In this document: positions 52,949-63,010 of the stretch, in pieces
Numbering within the stretch: the stretch's first letter is position 1
Layout of the letters: the number at the start of each line of letters is the position of its first letter
Assembly: GCA_964291215.2 (NCBI GenBank)
Contig: OZ219790.1
Span: forward strand, 1,920,001 to 1,984,000
Direction: 5' to 3'
DNA length: 64,000 nucleotides
Origin: Alphaproteobacteria bacterium
GTDB lineage: Bacteria; Pseudomonadota; Alphaproteobacteria; MPNO01; UBA830
Position numbers and translations under genes: made by a program
Notes under the pieces: generated by a model
Told to the model about the DNA's origin: nothing
What the model saw: only the letters and a program-made list of their open reading frames with translations
Databases searched by the model: none

Positions 52949-54316
52949 TTATATCCAGTCCAAGTCAGGGCGTTTTCGAGGCGCACCCGAGACACATGCC
53001 GATTTCGTACCATCTGATTGCTCCATATCCTTGGTTCTGACCCAAAGAGGAACTCGCTCTCTTTCTGGCGCAGCTGGCTTTCCGGGACTTTGGAGCTCGG
53101 GCGTGGCGCTCAATACATCGTCCGTTTCGTCTGACAACGATGGTAACTCGGCTTCGTATCCCATCGCTCGCGCTATGACGGCAGCGGCCTGCGCTGCGGC
53201 GGCGCGTAATGCGCCATCGTCGAGATGGGCGTAGATCGCCGTGGTCTCGCGCTGGCGGTGTCCGAGAAGTCGGCCGACGGTGGTGAGCCCCACACCGCTC
53301 ATTACGCCCTGCGAGGCCCAAGTGTGGCGGCAGTCGTGGATGCGAAGACCCGGAAGCCCCGCTTCCTCGCGGATGCCGCACCAGAAGGTGTAAAGCCGGT
53401 CCGACGTGAGGTCTTCGGGGAATACGCGGGCGCAGCCATTGATGCGCGGCAGCACGGCGAGCAGGCCAGCCGCCTCCGGCCCGAGCCAGATGGTGCGCTG
53501 CCCGGTTTTCGAGTCTTCGATGCGCGCACTTGCACCATCCTTGCCAAGCTCGCCGCCCTCATCCCATTTGAGGTTGAGGATTTCGGAGAGGCGCGCCCCG
53601 GTGAGCGTCAGCAGCCGGACTGCTGTGACTGGCCAAAGGTGTTCCTGACGGTGGCGCTCCAGCACCGTGCCGAGACGCTCCAACTCTTCGCGGTTGAGGT
53701 AACGCGCGACGGGCTTGCGAGGATTCTTCACGATATTGGCGCAGGCATCGGGGACATGCTCACCAATATCGCCCCACTGGCGGGCCGTCCTGAGCATGGC
53801 GCGCAGGATCTCGAACGCGCGGTTGGCTGCACCGGGCTTGTCCGCACTCGCGGAGTCGAACCACGCCGAGACGCGGGCATGGTCGATGGCGTCGAGCCGG
53901 AGCCTGCCGAAGTGCGGTGCCAGGCGGTTTCTCATGTAGACATCGAAGGTCTCCAGTGACGACGGCTTCCAGCGATGCCGGCGACGCTCGCGGTAATGCT
54001 TGGCGAAGTCCCGGAACAGCGGCGCCTTCTTCTTGCGCATCGGCGTCACCTCCTCGCCGCCCCACAGGCGGGCGAGCACAGCCGCGCCTTCCCGGCGAGC
54101 CGTATCAAGGGGCAGTTCGGGAAAACGGCCGAGGGTGATCTTGCGCATGCGTCCCCGGACGCGGGTCTGGACAATCCAGGAGCGCACTCCCGAGGGCTGC
54201 ACACGGACCCCGAAATGGGCGAGCAGACTGTCCCAGAGGGTGTATTCCCGTTCCGCTGGCTTCGCGGCAGCGACGGCCTTCACGGTGAGCCGCACCCGGT
54301 GCTTTCCGCGGTTCAT
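52949..54316 (-). CDS. tyrosine recombinase/integrase with arm-binding domain
   Basis: TGARLSE, SKTG, HDCRH, LGH, IYAH; N-terminal FGVRVQPSG. Confidence 0.93.
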   Translation of the reverse strand: MNRGKHRVRLTVKAVAAAKPAEREYTLWDSLLAHFGVRVQPSGVRSWIVQTRVRGRMRKITLGRFPELPLDTARREGAAVLARLWGGEEVTPMRKKKAPLFRDFAKHYRERRRHRWKPSSLETFDVYMRNRLAPHFGRLRLDAIDHARVSAWFDSASADKPGAANRAFEILRAMLRTARQWGDIGEHVPDACANIVKNPRKPVARYLNREELERLGTVLERHRQEHLWPVTAVRLLTLTGARLSEILNLKWDEGGELGKDGASARIEDSKTGQRTIWLGPEAAGLLAVLPRINGCARVFPEDLTSDRLYTFWCGIREEAGLPGLRIHDCRHTWASQGVMSGVGLTTVGRLLGHRQRETTAIYAHLDDGALRAAAAQAAAVIARAMGYEAELPSLSDETDDVLSATPELQSPGKPAAPERERVPLWVRTKDMEQSDGTKSACVSGAPRKRPDLDWI

Positions 54317-55455
54317 CGTGCGCTCTCCTTCCCGTTGCCGGTCATGGCGCTATGGACGATGCCGGAGATGCGCCCGGCCGCCTCGCGGACATGCTCATCA
54401 GCGAGATGGGCGTAGCGTTCGGTGGAGGCGGTGTCGGCGTGGCCAAGCAGGCGGCCGACGGTGTAGAGGTCGAGGCCGCTCATCACGGCATAGGAGGCGA
54501 ACGTGTGCCGGCAGTCGTGAATGCGCACATCGTCCAGCCCGGCGAGATTGCGCAGTTTCCGCCAGCGCAGCCCGAGGTCGGCCATCGGGCCGTCGCTATT
54601 CCGGTTCGGGAAGACGAAGCATCCTTCACGCGGCAGGCTGCTCAGAACGGCCCGTGCAGGCGGTGGAAGCTGGATCGCCTTCGGCCCAGTCTTGGAATCG
54701 GGCAACACCGCGCGAGTGTCGCGTATCCAGTCCCATTGCAGGCCGACGATCTCGGACGACCGCGCGCCGGTGAAGAGCAGCAGGCGAATCGCGGCGGCAG
54801 CCTGCCGGTCCTCCGCATGGTCGAGCACGAAGCCGAGGCGCTTCAACTCGTCCAGCGACAGGAACCGCTCGCGCGGCGTTGTCTTGTAGCGCCGCATGTT
54901 GCGGCAGGGGTTCGATCCCTGCGGGCGAATATCCCAGAGCTCCGCCTGCCGCATCATCACCGACAGCACCGGCAGGATCCGGTTGGCGTTGCTGGGGGTG
55001 CCGCTGAGGGAATCGAACCAGCGCTGCACATCGGCGCGCTCGATCTTCGCGACGCGCATCGTGCCGAAGAAGGGCACGATGTAGCGGTCGATCAGGTGGG
55101 CGTTGCCCGCCCTCGTGGAGGGCTTCCAGCGCCTTCCCTGACGGCGCATGAAGTCGGCCGCGAAATCGGCGAACAGCAGGCCGCTCTCGCGCACGGTCTT
55201 GGCTTCGGCGATGGCGGCAATGGCCTTCTCTCTTGCCTCGGCGGCGGTCATATCGTCGGCGGTGCCGAGGACGGTCTTCGATGCGCCGACGGGTCGCAGG
55301 GCCCGGACGAAGAAGGTCTTCGTCCCGTTCCTGGCGACGGTGAAGCCAAAGGCGGGCAGGTCCCTGTCGATGACGGTCAGGCCGTATCGTCCGGGTTTCT
55401 TCTCCTTGAAGGTGCGGCGGACCGTCCGATCGTTGATGGTGGCGTGGATGCGCAT
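54313..55455 (-). CDS. tyrosine recombinase/integrase (second, tandem paralog)
   Basis: TGARSSE, SKTG, HDCRH, LGH, RYAH; ATGA overlap with partner. Confidence 0.93.
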   Translation of the reverse strand: MRIHATINDRTVRRTFKEKKPGRYGLTVIDRDLPAFGFTVARNGTKTFFVRALRPVGASKTVLGTADDMTAAEAREKAIAAIAEAKTVRESGLLFADFAADFMRRQGRRWKPSTRAGNAHLIDRYIVPFFGTMRVAKIERADVQRWFDSLSGTPSNANRILPVLSVMMRQAELWDIRPQGSNPCRNMRRYKTTPRERFLSLDELKRLGFVLDHAEDRQAAAAIRLLLFTGARSSEIVGLQWDWIRDTRAVLPDSKTGPKAIQLPPPARAVLSSLPREGCFVFPNRNSDGPMADLGLRWRKLRNLAGLDDVRIHDCRHTFASYAVMSGLDLYTVGRLLGHADTASTERYAHLADEHVREAAGRISGIVHSAMTGNGKESAR

Positions 55456-55649
55456 GGGCGTGTCTCCGTTGTCTGTTTCCTCGGGTGCCGTCCGTCCCAA
55501 GGGAACAAAACGGCGGTTTTGAACGGACAGCACGCCCCGCACACGGGATCGCGGCCAGTGAACGGATCTGGCCTAACCATCTGTCAGATAAAGGAAAACT
55601 CCCGACCGATGCAGGCCGGATTGTCCTCGCTCTTTGCGCCCCAGGCGCG

Positions 55650-56041
55650 TGGGGTGTGAGCGCGCTTGGAGGGCGCTTGTGCGCCTCGACCCCGGGGCAG
55701 ACAAGCGCGGGACGTTCCTCGCCTTCGGTCCCGCGCACGGGCGGGCGGAGAGCGGCTTGGGGCAGCTGTTCGACCACGGCCTGCCCGCGGCGGCGGACAG
55801 AACGGCGGCGGCAGAGGCCGGGAGCCGCCTGGAGGCGGAGGTGGGGCACGGGTTCGGCCTTGCCGGTCCGGGGCCGCTGGCGGTGCTCACCCCCTGGGCC
55901 GGGCTCTGCCTGGCGGAGGGGCGCACCCTGCGGCTCGGCGCGCGCTACCGCCTCTGCGCGGGGCTCTCCCTCGGCCTCGAGGGCGCGCACCGGCCGGGCC
56001 CCGAAGACAGCCTCATGCTGCGCGGCGCGCTGCGATGGTAG
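55650..56041 (+). pseudogene. C-terminal fragment of autotransporter-like outer-membrane beta-barrel
   Basis: LVRLDPGAD, RLEAEVGHGF, LTPWAG, LRLGARY, terminal LRGALRW*; no 5' part. Confidence 0.65.
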
Positions 56042-56559
56042 GAAAACGCCCGGCGTGTCCTGATCCTGCCGATGGCGGCGCGGCGCTTCATCCGGGCGAA
56101 CCTGTCGCAAGCATCGGTGGCGGCGCCATTCGCTCATGAAGGACCGGACCGGTTGCGACGGGCGTCGCACGTGGAGATCGTCATGCGCAAGCGTTCCGCC
56201 AGACCCGTGGAGCAAACTCTGGAACAAACCTCGCAAGTACGTCTGGTCCCTCGGAAGGGATTGGCGGCGCACCCTCAACCGATAGAATCCAGGCGACCGG
56301 GCATGCGTGCAACCGTGCTGACGTGAGCATGGCCTTTTTCACGGTCTGGCGGAACGCTTGCCGTCATGCCCTTCGGGCGATGGACCGTTTGTCGGCATGC
56401 GCGAGCCGGCAACGCCTCTTTTCGGATCGATCCGGTCTCGGGCCGCTATCTGGAAACAGGCTTGATTTGCCGAAAGCCGGGAAAAACCAGTAAAATCAGT
56501 GTTGTATAGAATATTTAAAATATCCTGCAACATTGGGGGCAAGGGGGACATGGCAGCGA

Positions 56560-56955
56560 CATGGACCTCCGACAGCTGGATGCGCTCGCAGGTGCGGCGC
56601 TGGGTCCCGAAGGCGGAGGCGCTTGCCGACGGCGGCTGGCGCGAGTTCGTGCCGCGCGCCCTGGCCGGAGAGTGATCGGGAGGTGCGAAGCGCTGCTCCA
56701 CGGCCACCCGCCGCTGTTCGAAGCCGCGTGCAGGCCGCAGCCGAGGACATCGTCAACAGGGGCCCGGAGGTTCCGCGCCGACGCTCCGGAGGAAGACGCA
56801 CGCAAATTGCGACCGTCAACCTCGACAGCCTCGAGAACCCGCGCCCGGTCGGCTGCCTGTGCCTCGAGGCGCGATCTCGGCTTCACGACCTCGGCATCAC
56901 GAGTGCGCTGATCGTCGCCAGGATGATCCGCCAGCGAGCGCTGGCTGCGCGATGA
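56560..56955 (+). pseudogene. possible eroded LysR-type regulator
   Basis: Begins MDLRQLDAL after an AT-rich promoter-like stretch; rest fragmentary. Confidence 0.3.
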
Positions 56956-57099
56956 CAGCGCGGCCGCGGAGCTTCTGGAGCGCAAGGCGCGCAAGACGCT
57001 GTACCGCATCGGCGACCTGCGTCACCGGGCCGCCATCCGGAAGGGGCTGTTCAACCACGAGCGCGCGCTGCATCCCCGACACCATCGCCTTTTGCGATC

Positions 57100-57425
57100 T
57101 CGCCAATGTTCACGGCCGCGCCACCAGCAGGTCCATGCCGGGCGCGAGCGCCGGCACGCCCCCGGAGCGCGCGGCTCGGGCGCATGTTTGCGTAGAGTTC
57201 CAGCCGGGTGCGGACGGCGGCGCTCGGATTGACGCCGCCCTCCTCCGGCGGCGGATAAGCGGCCGTATCGACCGGCCCCAGAATGGTGAGGTCCGCGGCG
57301 CGCACCGCCGCCTCTGCCGCATCCGGCCACATCGTCCCCGTCCCGCTCCAGCGCATCGAGGCCGACGCGGCCTTCCGAGAGCCGCAATCCGAGCGCGAAG
57401 CGGGTATCCAGCGCCTCCAACGCGC
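57100..57425 (-). pseudogene. isocitrate/isopropylmalate dehydrogenase family fragment
   Basis: ILGP...GGVNPSAAVRTRLELYANMRPSR; truncated by IS256 end. Confidence 0.65.
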
Positions 57426-57507
57426 GCCGGGTACTGTAACTTAATGTCTGGAAATTTGTCTGAGGTTTGCGCTTTGAGGCGTTTCACTGGGGGGGGGGGG
57501 GCTAGCC

Positions 57508-59465
57508 CTCGCATGTCACGGAAATTTTAGCTGACAACGGTGTTTCGGCGTGGCATAAGTGTCCCATGTCACAGATCAGCCGCACATTGCGGGACGAGGC
57601 AGCAGTTGCGCGGATCGCGTCGCTGCTGTCCTGTGAGCAGTTCGACAGCCGGTCGGCTCTGGGTCGTCTGCGAGGAGTTTGCCTTTGTCGACGCGCGCGG
57701 CCGTCTGCAGCTTGCCGGCTGCATGAAGGCGCTGAGGGCGCCCGGAGATCGTCCTGCCGGTGCCGAAGTCACCGACAATCGACCGCCGGCCTCGCCTGTT
57801 GGTATCGCTGCAGAGGTTCCGGCGCGCGCATTCGGGATCTCGAGATCATCGTGGTCGGGGATCGTATTGACCGAGCGGTCACGCTGATTGCGCGTGAACA
57901 CCCGCGACGACCTTCGCCGGCTGCCAATATCTCGTGGGCTCGGCGCACGGGTGGCGGGGTTTGCCGCCGCCGCGCGGCGCGGGACCGCTGGATGGAACGA
58001 CGGGCAGCGCCGGAACCACCTGCAGCGGATCGTCTGTCTGAGCCGTTTCTTGATCAGGTGCTCTGCCCGCCCAGCCATGTGCGCATCCTGCGCCGCGTGA
58101 CTTCGAGGACCGTTTCGACCATGGCTCAGTTTTGCCGATGAAGGTTACCCTGCCTGCGCGCGGCCAACTTCCTGTGCAGGACCGAAGGCCGGCAGGACTG
58201 GGAGACGGTGAAGACGGTCTTCGTGGCCGAACTGGAGCGCGCAGGAAGCTGGGGAGGTCGATCATGCGCCCTCGCCGGGCGAAGGTCTGAACGACTGGGC
58301 GCAGAACGAGTTTGGAGGGGGGTGACAAGCGACTTTCTGCGCGCCTGGAGCGCCAGCCTTCTGGCGGCCGGTCAGAAGATCAATGCGTCTCCCAGCGCCG
58401 ACAACACCGCGATCAATGCGTTTTACCGGATGGTCGCCCTCGGAGATCACGCCGGCGAACATTCTTGCGCCGCACCGTGAGCGCAGCATCCGGCGCATCC
58501 GTGGCCAGAAGACGGTTCTTGCGGCACGGACCTGAACTTCTCCCGGCCTGCAGGTGAGAACCAGACCGGGGCCTGCACGCGACCCTGGCGGTGACTGACC
58601 TGCCACTCGGGGTGCTGGGTCCGGTGAAGCCCCGGTCGCAGGAGACACGCCGCAGCTCGAGGGGTTCAAGGCGCTGCCACCCCGGCGGCAAGACGCGCGT
58701 CATCTCCGTCGGGAAGCCGACATCTTCGAGCTGTTCGACACGCGCTTGCCCCGCGTCGATCTGCGCGCCAAGCATGACAGGGTGCTGAAGGAGGGAAGGC
58801 TGTTCGCCGTCATGGCCGGCGGCCTGATTGAGATCGAGGGACTGACGGAGCAAGCCAGCCGGAAGAAGGCCCGCGCGACAGAAGCGCCTGGCGAGTTGCG
58901 GTCCGTCACCCGTGACGGGCACCGCCCCCAGCGCGAAGCCGGTGTCCCTGCACGGGGTCAGGGAGCGCCCGAGGGTGAGGATCCCGGTGCCTGCTGACCA
59001 CCGTGCGGGTTGGCGAAGGAGGCGGCCGACATCGTCGGCTTCTACCTTCAGCGCTGGCGAATCGAGGATTACGTGCTCAAATCCGGATGCAGGGTGGAAC
59101 ACCTGCTGTTCCGCACCGCCTGCAGCGGGCGATCAACGCCGTCATCGCATGGCGCATCATGGTCATGACCCTGCTCGGCCGCCAGGTGCGAGCCGCAGCT
59201 GATGTTCACCGACAGCGAACTCGCCTTCCTGCGCGACTACGCACACAAGTACGCCCTGAAGGAACCGGAGCGTCTCGCCGATGCGGTGCACCTGGTCGCC
59301 CATCTCGGCGGCTACCGCAGCACGCCCGGGTCACCAGATCATGTGGCCAGACACACCAGCGCCGCACTGGGTCACCAAATCGGCCGGGAAATCGGGTTCC
59401 GGGATGGACAAAGACACGCGTGAACACGTAAACCATTGTCAACCAGATTTGTCATGACACGGCAG
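57508..59465 (+). mobile_element. degraded IS4-family element with N-terminal DUF4338-like region
   Basis: GGCTAGCC duplicated at flanks; imperfect IRs ctcgcatgtca / ctgccgtgtca; fragments AARDRW, NHLQRIVCLSRFLI, RWRIEDY, AVIAWRIMVMTLLGR, AHLGGY. Confidence 0.75.
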
Positions 59466-59599
59466 GGCTAGCCCCCCAGTGAAACGCGGCGCCATCGTGC
59501 TATCCCATGGAGTTGCAAAACCTTCATGGAGGAAGCGAATGGACCTGCGACACACTACGACGATCGGGACTGTTTTGGAACATCTGATCGCAAACGGAG

Positions 59600-62500
59600 C
59601 ACGGCGATCCCACGCTAGTGTTATGTCAGCAATGATATGTCGTACATTTGGTGCTAGACTGTCCGTCCATTCGGGATGGAGGTCGGAGTATGAAACGCTA
59701 CGTGGTGACCCTGGACGAGGCGGAACGGAAAGAACTTTCGGAGATCACGACCAAGGGCTCGCACCTGTCGCAAAAGGTAATCAACGCCCTGATCCTGCTT
59801 AACTGCGACGAGGGCGCGTTCAATGAATGCCAGATGACCGGGAAGGTCATTGCTGAGATTCTGCGCATCAGCATGCGCAAAGTAGACCGAGTGAAGAAGC
59901 GTTTCGTTGAAGAGGGGCTAGAGGCGGCATTGGGTGGCCGGCAAGGACGCCGTCCTACCTATATGCGAAAAGCCGACGGCGTCTTCGAGGCGCGCTTGGT
60001 GGCCCTGAGTTGTGGTGAACCGCCCGAGGGTTACGCGCAATGGTCGTTGCGGCTGCTGGCCGACCGCGTTGTTGAGCTTGGTTACATTGATACCGTGTCA
60101 CACGAGACGGTGCGGCGTGTTCTAAAAAAAACTGCATCAAGCCATGGCAGCGGGTTGGGTGGGTAATTCCTCCTCAAGGGAATGCCGACTTCGCCGCGGC
60201 GAAGGTGCTCGATGTCTATCGCCGCCCCTATGATGCCGCCTTCCCCGTGGTCTGCATGGACGAAACGCCCCGACCGGCGAGACACGGCAACCGATCGCCA
60301 TGGCGCCGGGACGGCCAGCGCGTAACGACTACGAGTATCGACGTTGCGGCACCTGCAACGTCTTCACGGAACCCCTGGCCGGCAAGCGCATGACCAAGGT
60401 AACCGAGCGCAAGATCGACTGGGCGCAGTTCCTGGCCGACATCGCCGAGCGCTACCAGGATGCTACCACCATCACCCTGGTGATGGACAATCTCAACACT
60501 CCCCGGCGCCTTCTATGAGGCCTACCCGCCGGACGAGGCCAAGGCCTTGTGGGACCGCTTCGAGTTCGTCTACACCCCCAAGCACGGCAGTTGGCTGAAC
60601 GTGGTCGAACTCAACGTCATGATCCGCCAGTGCCTGAACCGCCGCATCGACTGCATCGAGGTGCTACGCCGGGAAGTTGCCGCCTGGCAGGCGACCGCAT
60701 CCAGGCCAAGGTGGATTGGCAGTTCACCACCGACGATGCCCGCGTGAAACTCAAACGTCTTTATTCGACATTTGACGAATGACAAGACACTAGGTTTGTT
60801 GGAAGGGTCGGTTTTGCTTGTTCAGGATGATTCGCATTTTCGCTGGCTTTTTGTGAAGCGACGTAGTATCCGTTGTCGTGGGGGCAGCGGATTTTTTTGA
60901 GACGACTCCGGAGGGTTTTGAGCTCCGGGATGTGGTTGTGCGCCTTGCGCGGCTTGATGTCGCTGGAACCGTGTTGTTGACCGTATCTTGGTTTCAAGCA
61001 GTTTGCCGGTCGAGGTCTGCGCTACGTGTTCACTTGGCGCGGGCGGTGGATTGGTGCTGCGGGCTGGCAGACGGGCGCCCTCAGCTGCGCACCCGTTGGA
61101 TTGGCTGGCGCCGCGAGGAACAGTTCAGGCGGTTGCCGGGAACAACACGAGGTTTGTTGTTCCTGGTGGTCGTTTCCGGGCCTTGCCTCGTTTGCGTTGT
61201 CGCGGATGGTGCGGCGGCGACTGGGAGGCTGCGCCATCCGTTGCTTGTTGCGGAGTCGTTTGTCTTGCCGACGAAGTTCAGCGGCACCATGTACAAGGCG
61301 GCGAACTGGGAGTGCGTTGGCAGGGGCCATGCGCGCGCCAGCGGGCGCTATACCGACCGGGGAGGCGAAGGATCTTTACGTGTTTCCGCTGCGTCGCGAT
61401 GTCGGCTGCGGGATCGTTCGCCGCTTCCTGTGGCGTGGGAGTTGCGGGCGCCGCTGGTCGGCGCAGGAGTTGCGCTCGATTTATCAGCGGCGCTTTCCGA
61501 CTTCCGGCGCGCGCAGGGGCACCGCATCGCCTCGGTGCTGTGCGTGATTTTGCTGGCTTGCGAACCGGCACGGTTGCGGCGGCGCACTACGCGATGACGC
61601 AGAAGGAGCTGGAGCAGCATGGAAGAACAGGGACACCGGCAAGTATGAGCCGGTCTCCAAATCGACCGTGCACCGGGTGCTGCAGAACACCGACCCGGGA
61701 TGGATCGAGGATGCTCTGCGGCGCTGGGCGCAGCCGCGCCTGGAGGTCGGCAACGCGGTCGACGGCAAGCGCATCCGCGGCCGCACCGGCGAGGATCATT
61801 ACGAGACAGTCTCGCTGGCCGGTATTCGATCCTCAACTATCACGACGGGGAGATCGCTGCTGTCCACGCCGCGACGGCACCGGTTGCCGGCCGTCTGCTC
61901 ACCCTCGACGCGCTCCACACCACCCGCGAGGCTGATCATCGAGACCCATCTCGCGGACTGATGGTCAAGGGCAACGCACCTTCGAGAGAGCATCAACTGG
62001 AAGACCGCCAGCGCTACAACGAAAAGCCCGCGCATGGCCGCCAGCGCACCATCTTCACCCCGCTGGCGAAGATGATCAACTAGTCAAGCAGATCTTCCGC
62101 GTCACCCGGCGCGTCGAATTCAAGAAATCCAGAAAACGGACAACCGAATACGCCATGACCTCGGCCGAACGCGCCTCGCCGCAACAGCTGCTCGCATGGA
62201 ATCGTGTACACTGGGTAGTCGAGAGCCATCATCATGTCCGCGATGCCACCTTCCGCGAAGACGACTCCATGCTCCGAACGCGCCCGCAAACAACGCGATC
62301 ACCCTCGCAATCGCCGTCATCATCCGCAACAAACGCAAGCTGCCCAAACCCTTCAACAGCTTCCCACTATGCCGACAAGCGCAAGCAGGTCCTGCACGCA
62401 ATCACAAGACCAGGCTGACCGCGCCTCTCTCCCCGACAGAAACTGCAAGCTTTCGAGCCCGGCAACCAAGACCTCTCGCTCGCCCCGGATACGCCGACCA

Positions 62501-62620
62501 ATCGCGCCCCGCACCGTAACAGCGCGTCAGCAAATCTCAAAATCGCAGCCTCAAACGCGTCGACCCGCGCCACGATCAGGACTCCGATCACATCACATCA
62601 ACAAGCATGGGATCACCTTG
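59600..62620 (+). mobile_element. degraded ISAs1-family element with DUF4338-like region
   Basis: 10-bp duplication GCAAACGGAG; IRs cacggcgatcccacgc / caaggtgatcccatgc; fragments AVDGKRIRG, LTLDALHT, VKGN, HWVVESHHHVRDATFRED. Confidence 0.8.
59618..60790 (+). mobile_element. IS630-family element (orfA intact 59690-60166, orfB frameshifted)
   Basis: CTAG at both flanks, IRs gtgttatgtca / gtgtcttgtca, A8 run at orfA end, VCMDE, MDNLNT, YTPKHGSWLN. Confidence 0.9.
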
Positions 62621-63010
62621 GCAAACGGAGCAACGGATCTGGGGCGGATCTTTGGTCAGCTCTTCGAGCTTGCGATGCAAATCGAGCGCGAGCAGCACTT
62701 GAAAGCGGGCCACCGGACACCGGAACGACAGGGCTATGCCAACGGCTACAAACGGATCGACACCCCACTGTTACCGTTCAGGTGCCAAACGGTCACGGGG
62801 ACGACCCGTTCTATCCCCAGTCGCTTGAACGCGGCCAGCGATCTTCTCGCGCCGTGGCCGTAGCCGAGATGTACATCAAGGATGTTTCCACGCGGCAAGA
62901 TGTAATGCGCGAGTTCGGGAGCCTGTCCTCTTCTCAGGTCAGCCGGGCTACCAGGTTGCTTGATGAAGAACTCGCCGCGCAACCGGCCTCTGATGAAATA
63001 CCTGATCCTA

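Larger units (their letters stand above)
57429..63010 (+). mobile_element. degraded IS256-family element, copy 2, split into 57429-57507, 59466-59599 and 62621-63010
   Basis: Three pieces collinear with 42209-42770 of copy 1. Confidence 0.85.

Noticed and set aside
60880-61450. Druantia anti-phage system
   Set aside because: The DruA-like domain is inside an IS and frameshifted; no DruE helicase or other components in the window
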